Shown: positions 27,967 to 41,579 of the stretch, in pieces | How positions within the stretch are numbered: position 1 is the first letter of the stretch | Layout of the letters: every line of letters starts with the position of its first letter | From: the human T2T-CHM13v2.0 reference genome, Homo sapiens | Assembly (NCBI RefSeq): GCF_009914755.1 | Contig: NC_060933.1 | Strand: one strand, 5' to 3' | Length of the DNA: 64,000 nucleotides | Translations under genes and position numbers: made by a program | The notes under the pieces: model-generated | The model's database searches: none | The model's input: only the letters and a program-made list of their open reading frames with translations | Told to the model about the DNA's origin: nothing

Positions 27967-29837
27967 CATTCTCAGAAACTTGTTTGTGATGTGTGTATTC
28001 AACTAACAGAGATGAACCTTTCTTTTTACAGAGCAGTTTTGAAACACTCTTTTTGTGGAATCTGAAAGTGGATATTTGGATAGCTTTGAGGATTTCGTTG
28101 GAAACGGGATTACATATAAAACCTAGAGAGAAGCATTCTCAGGAACTTCTTTGTGATGTTTGCCTTCAAGTCACAGGACTGAACATTCCCTTTCATAGAG
28201 CAGGTTTGAAACACTCTTTCTGTAGTATCTGCAAGCTGACGTTTCAAGCGCTTTCAGGCCTATGGTGAGAAAGGAAATATCTTCAAGTAAAAACTAGACA
28301 GAAGCATTCTCAGAAACTTATTTGAGATGTGTGTTCTCAACTAACAGAGTTGAACCTTTGTTTTGATATGGCATTTTGGAAACACTCTTTTTGTAGAATC
28401 TGCAGGTGGATATTCGGATAGCTTTGAAGGTTTCGTTGGAAACGGGAATATCTTCATATAAAATCTAGACGGAAGCATTCTCAGAAACTGCTTTGTGATG
28501 TTTTCATTCAAGTCACAGAGTAGAATGTTCCCTGTTATATACCAGGTTAGAGACACTCTTTCTGCACTACCTGGAAGTGGACATTTGCAGCGCTTTGAGG
28601 CCTATGATGAAAAAGGAAATATCTTCCCATAAAAACTAGACAGAAGCATTCTCAGAAACTTGTTTGTGATGTGTGTATTCAACTAACAGAGATGAACCTT
28701 TCTTTTTACAGAGCAGTTTTGAAACACTCTTTTTGTGGAATCTGAAAGTGGATATTTGGATAGCTTTGAGGATTTCGTTGGAAACGGGATTACATATAAA
28801 ATCTAGAGAGAAGCATTCTCAGGAACTTCTTTGTGATGTTTGCATTCACGTCACAGAACTGAACATTCCCTTTAATAGAGCATGTTTGAAACACTCTTTC
28901 TGTAGTATCTGCAAGCGGACGTTTTAAGCGCTTTCAAGCCTGTGGTGAGAAAGGAAATATCTTCAAATAAAAACTAGACAGAAGCATTCTCAGAAACTTA
29001 TTTGCGATGTGTGTCCTCAACTAACAGAGTTGAACCTTTCTTTTGATACAACATTTTGGAAACACTCTTTTTGTAGAATCTGCAAGTGGATATTTGGATA
29101 GCTTTGAAGGTTTCGTTGGAAACGGGAATATCTTCATATGAAATCAAGACAGAAGCATTCTCAGAAACTTCTCTGTGATGTTTGCATTCAACTCATAGAG
29201 TTGAACACTTCCCTTCATACAGCAGGTTTGAAACACTCTTTTTCTAATATTTGGAAGTGGACATTTGCAGCGCTTTGAGGCCTATGTTGAAAAAGGAAAT
29301 ATCTTCTCCAAAAACCAGACAGAAGCATTCTCAGAAACTTCCTTGTGATGTGTGTACTCAAGTAACAGAGTTGAACCTTCCTTTTGACAGAGCAGTTTTG
29401 AAGCACTCTTTTTGTAGAATCTGCAAGTGGATATTTTGATACCTTTGAGGATTTCGTTGGACACGGGATATCGTCATATAAAATCTAGACAGAAGCATTC
29501 TCAGAAACTTCTTTGTTCTGTATGTCCTCAATTAACAGAGTTGAACCTTTGTGTGGATACAGGATTTTGGAAACATTCCTTTAGTAGAATCTGCAAGTTG
29601 ATATTTAGATAGCTAGGAAGATTTCCTTGGAAACGGGAATATCTTCATATAAAATCTAGACGGAAGCATTCTCAGAAAGTGCTTTGTGATGTTTGCATTC
29701 AAGTCACAGAGTTGAATATTCCCTTTTATAGAGCAGGTTTGAAACACTCTTTCTGCACTACCTGGAAGTGGACATTTGGAGCGCTTTGAGGCCTATGTTG
29801 AAAAAGGAAATATCTTCCCATAAAAACTAGACAGAAG
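27967..29837 (+). repeat. 11-mer HOR, 1871 bp
   Basis: Third copy of the 1-bp-deletion 11-mer. Confidence 0.92.
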
Positions 29838-32389
29838 CATTCTCAGAAACTTGTTTGTGATGTGTGTATTCAACTAACAGAGATGAACCTTTCTTTTTAC
29901 AGAGCAGTTTTGAAACACTCTTTTTGTGGAATCTGAAAGTGGATATTTGGATAGCTTTGAGGATTTCGTTGGAAACGGGATTACATATAAAACCTAGAGA
30001 GAAGCATTCTCAGGAACTTCTTTGTGATGTTTGCCTTCAAGTCACAGGACTGAACATTCCCTTTCATAGAGCAGGTTTGAAACACTCCTTCTGTAGTATC
30101 TGCAAGCTGACGTTTCAAGCGCTTTCAGGCCTATGGTGACAAAGGAAATATCTTCAAGTAAAAACTAGACAGAAGCATTCTCAGAAACTTATTTGCGATG
30201 TGTGTTCTCAACTAACAGAGTTGAACCTTTGTTTTGATACGGCATTTTGGAAACACTCTTTTTGTAGAATCTGCAGGTGGATATTCGGATAGCTTTGAAG
30301 GTTTCGTTGGAAACGGGAATATCTTCATATAAAATCTAGACGGAAGCATTCTCAGAAACTGCTTTGTGATGTTTTCATTCAAGTCACAGAGTAGAATGTT
30401 CCCTGTTATATACCAGGTTTGAGACACTCTTTCTGCACTACCTGGAAGTGGACATTTGCAGCGCTTTGAGGCCTATGATGAAAAAGGAAATATCTTCCCA
30501 TAAAAACTAGACAGAAGCATTCTCAGAAACTTGTTTGTGATGTGTGTATTCAACTAACAGAGATGAACCTTTCTTTTTACAGAGCAGTTTTGAAACACTC
30601 TTTTTGTGGAATCTGAAAGTGGATATTTGGATAGCTTTGAGGATTTCGTTGGAAACGGGATTACATATAAAATCTAGAGAGAAGCATTCTCAGGAACTTC
30701 TTTGTGATGTTTGCATTCACGTCACAGAACTGAACATTCCCTTTCATAGAGCATGTTTGAAACACTCTTTCTGTAGTATCTGCAAACGGACATTTCAAAC
30801 GCTTTCAGGCCTATGGTGAGAAAGGAAATATCTTCAAATAAAAACTAGACAGAAGCATTCTCAGAAACTTATTTGCGATGTGTGTCCTCAACTAACAGAG
30901 TTGAACCTTTCTTTTGATACAACATTTTGGAAACACTCTTTTTGTAGAATCTGCAAGTGGATATTTGAATAGCTTTGAAGGTTTCGTTGGAAACGGGAAT
31001 ATCTTCATATAAAATCAAGACAGAAGCATTCTCAGAAACTTCTCTGTGATGTTTGCATTCAACTCATAGAGTTGAACACTTCCCTTCATACAGCAGGTTT
31101 GAAACACTCTTTTTGTAATATTTGGAAGTGGACATTTGCAGCGCTTTGAGGCCTATGATGAAAAAGGTAATATCTTCCCATAAAAACTAGACAGAAGCAT
31201 TCTCAGAAACTTGTTTGTGATGTGTGTATTCAACTAACAGAGATGAACCTTTCTTTTTACAGAGCAGTTTTGAAACACTCTTTTTGTGGAATCTGAAAGT
31301 GGATATTTGGATAGCTTTGCGGATTTCGTTGGAAACGGGATTACATATAAAATCTAGGGAGAAGCATTCTCAGGAACTTCTTTGTGATGTTTGCATTCAA
31401 GTCACAGAACTGAACATTCCCTTTCATAGAGCAGGTTTGAAACACTCTTTCTGTAGTATCTGCAAGCGGACGTTTTAAGCGCTTTCAGGCCTGTGGTGAG
31501 AAAGGAAATATCTTCAAATAAAAACTAGACAGAAGCATTCTCAGAAACTTATTTGCGATGTGTGTCCTCAACTAACAGAGTTGAACCTTTCTTTTGATAC
31601 AACATTTTGGAAACACTCTTTTTGTAGAATCTGCAAGTGGATATTTGGATAGCTTTGAAGGTTTCGTTGGAAACGGGAATATCTTCATATGAAATCAAGA
31701 CAGAAGCATTCTCAGAAACTTCTCTGTGATGTTTGCATTCAACTCATAGAGTTGAACACTTCCCTTCATACAGCAGGTTTGAAACACTCTTTTTCTAATA
31801 TTTGGAAGTGGACATTTGCAGCGCTTTGAGGCCTATGTTGAAAAAGGAAATATCTTCTCCTAAAAACCAGACAGAAGCATTCTCAGAAACTTCCTTGTGA
31901 TGTGTGTACTCAAGTAACAGAGTTGAACCTTCCTTTTGACAGAGCAGTTTTGAAGCACTCTTTTTGTAGAATCTGCAAGTGGATATTTTGATACCATTGA
32001 GGATTTCGTTGGACACGGGATATCTTCATATAAAATCTAGACAGAAGCATTCTCAGAAACTTCTTTGTGCTGTATGTCCTCAATTAACAGAGTTGAACCT
32101 TTGTGTGGATACAGCATTTTGGAAACATTCCTTTAGTAGAATCTGCAAGTTGATATTTAGATAGCTAGGAAGAGTTCCTTGGAAACGGGAATATCTTCAT
32201 ATAAAATCTAGACGGAAGCATTCTCAGAAAGTGCTTTGTGATGTTTGCATTCAAGTCACAGAGTTGAATGTTCCCTTTTATAGAGCAGGTTTGAAACACT
32301 CTTTCTGCACTACCTGGAAGTGGACATTTGGAGCGCTTTGAGGCCTATGTTGAAAAAGGAAATATCTTCCCATAAAAACTAGACAGAAG
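29838..32389 (+). repeat. 15-mer HOR, 2552 bp
   Basis: 3 tetramers + trimer carrying the ATACCATTG / AGAGTTCC variants. Confidence 0.92.
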
Positions 32390-34261
32390 CATTCTCAGAA
32401 ACTTGTTTGTGATGTGTGTATTCAACTAACAGAGATGAACCTTTCTTTTTACAGAGCAGTTTTGAAACACTCTTTTTGTGGAATCTGAAAGTGGATATTT
32501 GGATAGCTTTGAGGATTTCGTTGGAAACGGGATTACATATAAAACCTAGAGAGAAGCATTCTCAGGAACTTCTTTGTGATGTTTGCATTCAAGTCACAGA
32601 ACTGAACATTCCCTTTCATAGAGCAGGTTTGAAACACTCTTTCTGTAGTATCTGCAAGCTGACGTTTCAAGCGCTTTCAGGCCTATGGTGAGAAAGGAAA
32701 TATCTTCAAGTAAAAACTAGACAGAAGCATTCTCAGAAACTTATTTGCGATGTGTGTTCTCAACTAACAGAGTTGAACCTTTGTTTTGATATGGCATTTT
32801 GGAAACACTCTTTTTGTAGAATCTGCAGGTGGATATTCGGATAGCTTTGAAGGTTTCGTTGGAAACGGGAATATCTTCATATAAAATCTAGACGGAAGCA
32901 TTCTCAGAAACTGCTTTGTGATGTTTTCATTCAAGTCACAGAGTAGAATGTTCCCTGTTATATACCAGGTTTGAGACACTCTTTCTGCACTACCTGGAAG
33001 TGGACATTTGCAGCGCTTTGAGGCCTATGATGAAAAAGGAAATATCTTCCCATAAAAACTAGACAGAAGCATTCTCAGAAACTTGTTTGTGATGTGTGTA
33101 TTCAACTAACAGAGATGAACCTTTCTTTTTACAGAGCAGTTTTGAAACACTCTTTTTGTGGAATCTGAAAGTGGATATTTGGATAGCTTTGAGGATTTCG
33201 TTGGAAACGGGATTACATATAAAATCTAGAGAGAAGCATTCTCAGGAACTTCTTTGTGATGTTTGCATTCACGTCACAGAACTGAACATTCCCTTTCATA
33301 GAGCATGTTTGAAACACTCTTTCTGTAGTATCTGCAAACGGACATTTCAAACGCTTTCAGGCCTATGGTGAGAAAGGAAATATCTTCAAATAAAAACTAG
33401 ACAGAAGCATTCTCAGAAACTTATTTGCGATGTGTGTCCTCAACTAACAGAGTTGAACCTTTCTTTTGATACAACATTTTGGAAACACTCTTTTTGTAGA
33501 ATCTGCAAGTGGATATTTGCATAGCTTTGAAGGTTTCGTTGGAAACGGGAATATCTTCATATAAAATCAAGACAGAAGCATTCTCAGAAACTTCTCTGTG
33601 ATGTTTGCATTCAACTCATAGAGTTGAACACTTCCCTTCATACAGCAGGTTTGAAACACTCTTTTTCTAATATTTGGAAGTGGACATTTGCAGCGCTTTG
33701 AGGCCTATGTTGAAAAAGGAAATATCTTCTCCTAAAAACCAGACAGAAGCATTCTCAGAAACTTCCTTGTGATGTGTGTACTCAAGTAACAGAGTTGAAC
33801 CTTCCTTTTGACAGAGCAGTTTTGAAGCACTCTTTTTGTAGAATCTGCAAGTGGATATTTTGATACCTTTGAGGATTTCGTTGGACACGGGATATCTTCA
33901 TATAAAATCTAGACAGAAGCATTCTCAGAAACTTCTTTGTGCTGTATGTCCTCAATTAACAGAGTTGAACCTTTGTGTGGATACAGCATTTTGGAAACAT
34001 TCCTTTAGTAGAATCTGCAAGTTGATATTTAGATAGCTAGGAAGATTTCCTTGGAAACGGGAATATCTTCATATAAAATCTAGACGGAAGCATTCTCAGA
34101 AAGTGCTTTGTGATGTTTGCATTCAAGTCACAGAGTTGAATATTCCCTTTTATAGAGCAGGTTTGAAACACTCTTTCTGCACTACCTGGAAGTGGACATT
34201 TGGAGCGCTTTGAGGCCTATGTTGAAAAACGAAATATCTTCCCATAAAAACTAGACAGAAG
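32390..34261 (+). repeat. 11-mer HOR, 1872 bp (T2, T3/T4 hybrid, trimer)
   Basis: 2 tetramers + trimer; TATTTGCATAGC marker. Confidence 0.92.
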
Positions 34262-36984
34262 CATTCTCAGAAACTTGTTTGTGATGTGTGTATTCAACTA
34301 ACAGAGATGAACCTTTCTTTTTACAGAGCAGTTTTGAAACACTCTTTTTGTGGAATCTGAAAGTGGATATTTGGATAGCTTTGAGGATTTCGTTGGAAAC
34401 GGGATTACATATAAAACCTAGAGAGAAGCATTCTCAGGAACTTCTTTGTGATGTTTGCCTTCAAGTCACAGGACTGAACATTCCCTTTCATAGAGCAGGT
34501 TTGAAACACTCTTTCTGTAGTATCTGCAAGCTGACGTTTCAAGCGCTTTCAGGCCTATGGTGAGAAAGGAAATATCTTCAAGTAAAAACTAGACAGAAGC
34601 ATTCTCAGAAACTTATTTGCCATGTGTGTTCTCAACTAACAGAGTTGAACCTTTGTTTTGATACGGCATTTTGGAAACACTCTTTTTGTAGAATCTGCAG
34701 GTGGATATTCGGATAGCTTTGAAGGTTTCGTTGGAAACGGGAATATCTTCATATAAAACCTTGACGGAAGCATTCTCAGAAACTTCTTTGTGCTGTATGT
34801 CCTCAATTAACAGAGTTGAACCTTTGTGTGGATACAGCATTTTGGAAACATTCCTTTAGTAGAATCTGCAAGTTGATATTTAGATAGCTAGGAAGAGTTC
34901 CTTGGAAACGGGAATATCTTCATATAAAATCTAGACGGAAGCATTCTCAGAAAGTGCTTTGTGATGTTTGCATTCAAGTCACAGAGTAGAATCTTCCCTT
35001 TTATAGAGCAGGTTTGAAACACTCTTTCTGCACTACCTGGAAGTGGACATTTGGAGCGCTTTGAGGCCTATGTTGAAAAAGGAAATATCTTCCCATAAAA
35101 ACTAGACAGAAGCATTCTCAGAAACTTGTTTGTGATGTGTGTATTCAACTAACAGAGATGAACCTTTCTTTTTACAGAGCAGTTTTGAAACACTCTTTTT
35201 GTGGAATCTGAAAGTGGATATTTGGATAGCTTTGAGGATTTCGTTGGAAACGGGATTACATATAAAATCTAGAGAGAAGCATTCTCAGGAACTTCTTTGT
35301 GATGTTTGCATTCACGTCACAGAACTGAACATTCCCTTTCATAGAGCATGTTTGAAACACTCTTTCTGTAGTATCTGCAAACGGACATTTCAAACGCTTT
35401 CAGGCCTATGGTGAGAAAGGAAATATCTTCAAATAAAAACTAGACAGAAGCATTCTCAGAAACTTATTTGCGATGTGTGTCCTCAACTATCAGAGTTGAA
35501 CCTTTCTTTTGATACAACATTTTGGAACCACTCTTTTTGTAGAATCTGCAAGTGGATATTTGAATAGCTTTGAAGGTTTCGTTGGAAACGGGAATATCTT
35601 CATATAAAATCAAGACAGAAGCATTCTCAGAAACTTCTCTGTGATGTTTGCATTCAACTCATAGAGTTGAACACTTCCCTTCATACAGCAGGTTTGAAAC
35701 ACTCTTTTTGTAATATTTGGAAGTGGACATTTGCAGCGCTTTGAGGCCTATGATGAAAAAGGAAATATCTTCCCATAAAAACTAGACAGAAGCATTCTCA
35801 GAAACTTGTTTGTGATGTGTGTATTCAACTAACAGAGATGAACCTTTCTTTTTACAGAGCAGTTTTGAAACACTCTTTTTGTGGAATCTGAAAGTGGATA
35901 TTTGGATAGCTTTGCGGATTTCGTTGGAAACGGGATTACATATAAAATCTAGGGAGAAGCATTCTCAGGAACTTCTTTGTGATGTTTGCATTCAAGTCAC
36001 AGAACTGAACATTCCCTTTCATAGAGCAGGTTTGAAACACTCTTTCTGTAGTATCTGCAAGCGGACGTTTTAAGCGCTTTCAGGCCTGTGGTGAGAAAGG
36101 AAATATCTTCAAATAAAAACTAGACAGAAGCATTCTCAGAAACTTATTTGCGATGTGTGTCCTCAACTAACAGAGTTGAACCTTTCTTTTGATACAACAT
36201 TTTGGAAACACTCTTTTTGTAGAATCTGCAAGTGGATATTTGGATAGCTTTGAAGGTTTCGTTGGAAACGGGAATATCTTCATATGAAATCAAGACAGAA
36301 GCATTCTCAGAAACTTCTCTGTGATGTTTGCATTCAACTCATAGAGTTGAACACTTCCCTTCATACAGCAGGTTTGAAACACTCTTTTTCTAATATTTGG
36401 AAGTGGACATTTGCAGCGCTTTGAGGCCTATGTTGAAAAAGGAAATATCTTCTCCTAAAAACCAGACAGAAGCATTCTCAGAAACTTCCTTGTGATGTGT
36501 GTACTCAAGTAACAGAGTTGAACCTTCCTTTTGACAGAGCAGTTTTGAAGCACTCTTTTTGTAGAATCTGCAAGTGGATATTTTGATACCATTGAGGATT
36601 TCGTTGGACACGGGATATCTTCATATAAAATCTAGACAGAAGCATTCTCAGAAACTTCTTTGTGCTGTATGTCCTCAATTAACAGAGTTGAACCTTTGTG
36701 TGGATACAGCATTTTGGAAACATTCCTTTAGTAGAATCTGCAAGTTGATATTTAGATAGCTAGGAAGAGTTCCTTGGAAACGGGAATATCTTCATATAAA
36801 ATCTAGACGGAAGCATTCTCAGAAAGTGCTTTGTGATGTTTGCATTCAAGTCACAGAGTTGAATGTTCCCTTTTATAGAGCAGGTTTGAAACACTCTTTC
36901 TGCACTACCTGGAAGTGGACATTTGGAGCGCTTTGAGGCCTATGTTGAAAAAGGAAATATCTTCCCATAAAAACTAGACAGAAG
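34262..36984 (+). repeat. 16-mer (851-bp pentamer + T3,T4,trimer), 2723 bp
   Basis: a-b-c-f-g at 34262-35112, then an 11-mer. Confidence 0.9.
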
Positions 36985-38856
36985 CATTCTCAGAAACTTG
37001 TTTGTGATGTGTGTATTCAACTAACAGAGATGAACCTTTCTTTTTACAGAGCAGTTTTGAAACACTCATTTTGTGGAATCTGAAAGTGGATATTTGGATA
37101 GCTTTGAGGATTTCGTTGGAAACGGGATTACATATAAAACCTAGAGAGAAGCATTCTCAGGAACTTCTTTGTGATGTTTGCATTCAAGTCACAGAACTGA
37201 ACATTCCCTTTCATAGAGCAGGTTTGAAACACTCTTTCTGTAGTATCTGCAAGCTGACGTTTCAAGCGCTTTCAGGCCTATGGTGAGAAAGGAAATATCT
37301 TCAAGTAAAAACTAGACAGAAGCATTCTCAGAAACTTATTTGCGATGTGTGTTCTCAACTAACAGAGTTGAACCTTTGTTTTGATATGGCATTTTGGAAA
37401 CACTCTTTTTGTAGAATCTGCAGGTGGATATTCGGATAGCTTTGAAGGTTTCGTTGGAAACGGGAATATCTTCATATAAAATCTAGACGGAAGCATTCTC
37501 AGAAACTGCTTTGTGATGTTTTCATTCAAGTCACAGAGTAGAATGTTCCCTGTTATATACCAGGTTTGAGACACTCTTTCTGCACTACCTGGAAGTGGAC
37601 ATTTGCAGCGCTTTGAGGCCTATGATGAAAAAGGAAATATCTTCCCATAAAAACTAGACAGAAGCATTCTCAGAAACTTGTTTGTGATGTGTGTATTCAA
37701 CTAACAGAGATGAACCTTTCTTTTTACAGAGCAGTTTTGAAACACTCTTTTTGTGGAATCTGAAAGTGGATATTTGGATAGCTTTGAGGATTTCGTTGGA
37801 AACGGGATTACATATAAAATCTAGAGAGAAGCATTCTCAGGAACTTCTTTGTGATGTTTGCATTCACGTCACAGAACTGAACATTCCCTTTCATAGAGCA
37901 TGTTTGAAACACTCTTTCTGTAGTATCTGCAAACGGACATTTCAAACGCTTTCAGGCCTATGGTGAGAAAGGAAATATCTTCAAATAAAAACTAGACAGA
38001 AGCATTCTCAGAAACTTATTTGCGATGTGTGTCCTCAACTAACAGAGTTGAACCTTTCTTTTGATACAACATTTTGGAAACACTCTTTTTGTAGAATCTG
38101 CAAGTGGATATTTGCATAGCTTTGAAGGTTTCGTTGGAAACGGGAATATCTTCATATAAAATCAAGACAGAAGCATTCTCAGAAACTTCTCTGTGATGTT
38201 TGCATTCAACTCATAGAGTTGAACACTTCCCTTCATACAGCAGGTTTGAAACACTCTTTTTGTAATATTTGGAAGTGGACATTTGCAGCGCTTTGAGGCC
38301 TATGTTGAAAAAGGAAATATCTTCTCCTAAAAACCAGACAGAAGCATTCTCAGAAACTTCCTTGTGATGTGTGTACTCAAGTAACAGAGTTGAACCTTCC
38401 TTTTGACAGAGCAGTTTTGAAGCACTCTTTTTGTAGAATCTGCAAGTGGATATTTTGATACCTTTGAGGATTTCGTTGGACACGGGATATCTTCATATAA
38501 AATCTAGACAGAAGCATTCTCAGAAACTTCTTTGTGCTGTATGTCCTCAATTAACAGAGTTGAACCTTTGTGTGGATACAGCATTTTGGAAACATTCCTT
38601 TAGTAGAATCTGCAAGTTGATATTTAGATAGCTAGGAAGATTTCCTTGGAAACGGGAATATCTTCATATAAAATCTAGACGGAAGCATTCTCAGAAAGTG
38701 CTTTGTGATGTTTGCATTCAAGTCACAGAGTTGAATATTCCCTTTTATAGAGCAGGTTTGAAACACTCTTTCTGCACTACCTGGAAGTGGACATTTGGAG
38801 CGCTTTGAGGCCTATGTTGAAAAACGAAATATCTTCCCATAAAAACTAGACAGAAG
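36985..38856 (+). repeat. 11-mer HOR, 1872 bp
   Basis: Copy of 32390-34261 at +4595. Confidence 0.92.
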
Positions 38857-41579
38857 CATTCTCAGAAACTTGTTTGTGATGTGTGTATTCAACTAACAGA
38901 GATGAACCTTTCTTTTTACAGAGCAGTTTTGAAACACTCTTTTTGTGGAATCTGAAAGTGGATATTTGGATAGCTTTGAGGATTTCGTTGGAAACGGGAT
39001 TACATATAAAACCTAGAGAGAAGCATTCTCAGGAACTTCTTTGTGATGTTTGCCTTCAAGTCACAGGACTGAACATTCCCTTTCATAGAGCAGGTTTGAA
39101 ACACTCTTTCTGTAGTATCTGCAAGCTGACGTTTCAAGCGCTTTCAGGCCTATGGTGAGAAAGGAAATATCTTCAAGTAAAAACTAGACAGAAGCATTCT
39201 CAGAAACTTATTTGCCATGTGTGTTCTCAACTAACAGAGTTGAACCTTTGTTTTGATACGGCATTTTGGAAACACTCTTTTTGTAGAATCTGCAGGTGGA
39301 TATTCGGATAGCTTTGAAGGTTTCGTTGGAAACGGGAATATCTTCATATAAAACCTTGACGGAAGCATTCTCAGAAACTTCTTTGTGCTGTATGTCCTCA
39401 ATTAACAGAGTTGAACCTTTGTGTGGATACAGCATTTTGGAAACATTCCTTTAGTAGAATCTGCAAGTTGATATTTAGATAGCTAGGAAGAGTTCCTTGG
39501 AAACGGGAATATCTTCATATAAAATCTAGACGGAAGCATTCTCAGAAAGTGCTTTGTGATGTTTGCATTCAAGTCACAGAGTAGAATCTTCCCTTTTATA
39601 GAGCAGGTTTGAAACACTCTTTCTGCACTACCTGGAAGTGGACATTTGGAGCGCTTTGAGGCCTATGTTGAAAAAGGAAATATCTTCCCATAAAAACTAG
39701 ACAGAAGCATTCTCAGAAACTTGTTTGTGATGTGTGTATTCAACTAACAGAGATGAACCTTTCTTTTTACAGAGCAGTTTTGAAACACTCTTTTTGTGGA
39801 ATCTGAAAGTGGATATTTGGATAGCTTTGAGGATTTCGTTGGAAACGGGATTACATATAAAATCTAGAGAGAAGCATTCTCAGGAACTTCTTTGTGATGT
39901 TTGCATTCACGTCACAGAACTGAACATTCCCTTTCATAGAGCATGTTTGAAACACTCTTTCTGTAGTATCTGCAAACGGACATTTCAAACGCTTTCAGGC
40001 CTATGGTGAGAAAGGAAATATCTTCAAATAAAAACTAGACAGAAGCATTCTCAGAAACTTATTTGCGATGTGTGTCCTCAACTATCAGAGTTGAACCTTT
40101 CTTTTGATACAACATTTTGGAACCACTCTTTTTGTAGAATCTGCAAGTGGATATTTGAATAGCTTTGAAGGTTTCGTTGGAAACGGGAATATCTTCATAT
40201 AAAATCAAGACAGAAGCATTCTCAGAAACTTCTCTGTGATGTTTGCATTCAACTCATAGAGTTGAACACTTCCCTTCATACAGCAGGTTTGAAACACTCT
40301 TTTTGTAATATTTGGAAGTGGACATTTGCAGCGCTTTGAGGCCTATGATGAAAAAGGAAATATCTTCCCATAAAAACTAGACAGAAGCATTCTCAGAAAC
40401 TTGTTTGTGATGTGTGTATTCAACTAACAGAGATGAACCTTTCTTTTTACAGAGCAGTTTTGAAACACTCTTTTTGTGGAATCTGAAAGTGGATATTTGG
40501 ATAGCTTTGCGGATTTCGTTGGAAACGGGATTACATATAAAATCTAGGGAGAAGCATTCTCAGGAACTTCTTTGTGATGTTTGCATTCAAGTCACAGAAC
40601 TGAACATTCCCTTTCATAGAGCAGGTTTGAAACACTCTTTCTGTAGTATCTGCAAGCGGACGTTTTAAGCGCTTTCAGGCCTGTGGTGAGAAAGGAAATA
40701 TCTTCAAATAAAAACTAGACAGAAGCATTCTCAGAAACTTATTTGCGATGTGTGTCCTCAACTAACAGAGTTGAACCTTTCTTTTGATACAACATTTTGG
40801 AAACACTCTTTTTGTAGAATCTGCAAGTGGATATTTGGATAGTTTTGAAGGTTTCGTTGGAAACGGGAATATCTTCATATGAAATCAAGACAGAAGCATT
40901 CTCAGAAACTTCTCTGTGATGTTTGCATTCAACTCATAGAGTTGAACACTTCCCTTCATACAGCAGGTTTGAAACACTCTTTTTCTAATATTTGGAAGTG
41001 GACATTTGCAGCGCTTTGAGGCCTATGTTGAAAAAGGAAATATCATCTAGTAAAAACCAGACAGAAGCATTCTCAGAAACTTCCTTGTGATGTGTGTACT
41101 CAAGTAACAGAGTTGAACCTTCCTTTTGACAGAGCAGTTTTGAAGCACTCTTTTTGTAGAATCTGCAAGTGGATATTTTGATACCTTTGAGGATTTCGTT
41201 GGACACGGGATATCTTCATATAAAATCTAGACAGAAGCATTCTCAGAAACTTCTTTGTGCTGTATGTCCTCAATTAACAGAGTTGAACCTTTGTGTGGAT
41301 ACAGCATTTTGGAAACATTCCTTTAGTAGAATCTGCAAGTTGATATTTAGATAGCTAGGAAGATTTCCTTGGAAACGGGAATATCTTCATATAAAATCTA
41401 GACGGAAGCATTCTCAGAAAGTGCTTTGTGATGTTTGCATTCAAGTCACAGAGTTGAATATTCCCTTTTATAGAGCAGGTTTGAAACACTCTTTCTGCAC
41501 TACCTGGAAGTGGACATTTGGAGCGCTTTGAGGCCTATGTTGAAAAAGGAAATATCTTCCCATAAAAACTAGACAGAAG
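38857..41579 (+). repeat. 16-mer (pentamer + 11-mer), 2723 bp
   Basis: Pentamer at 38857-39707. Confidence 0.9.
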
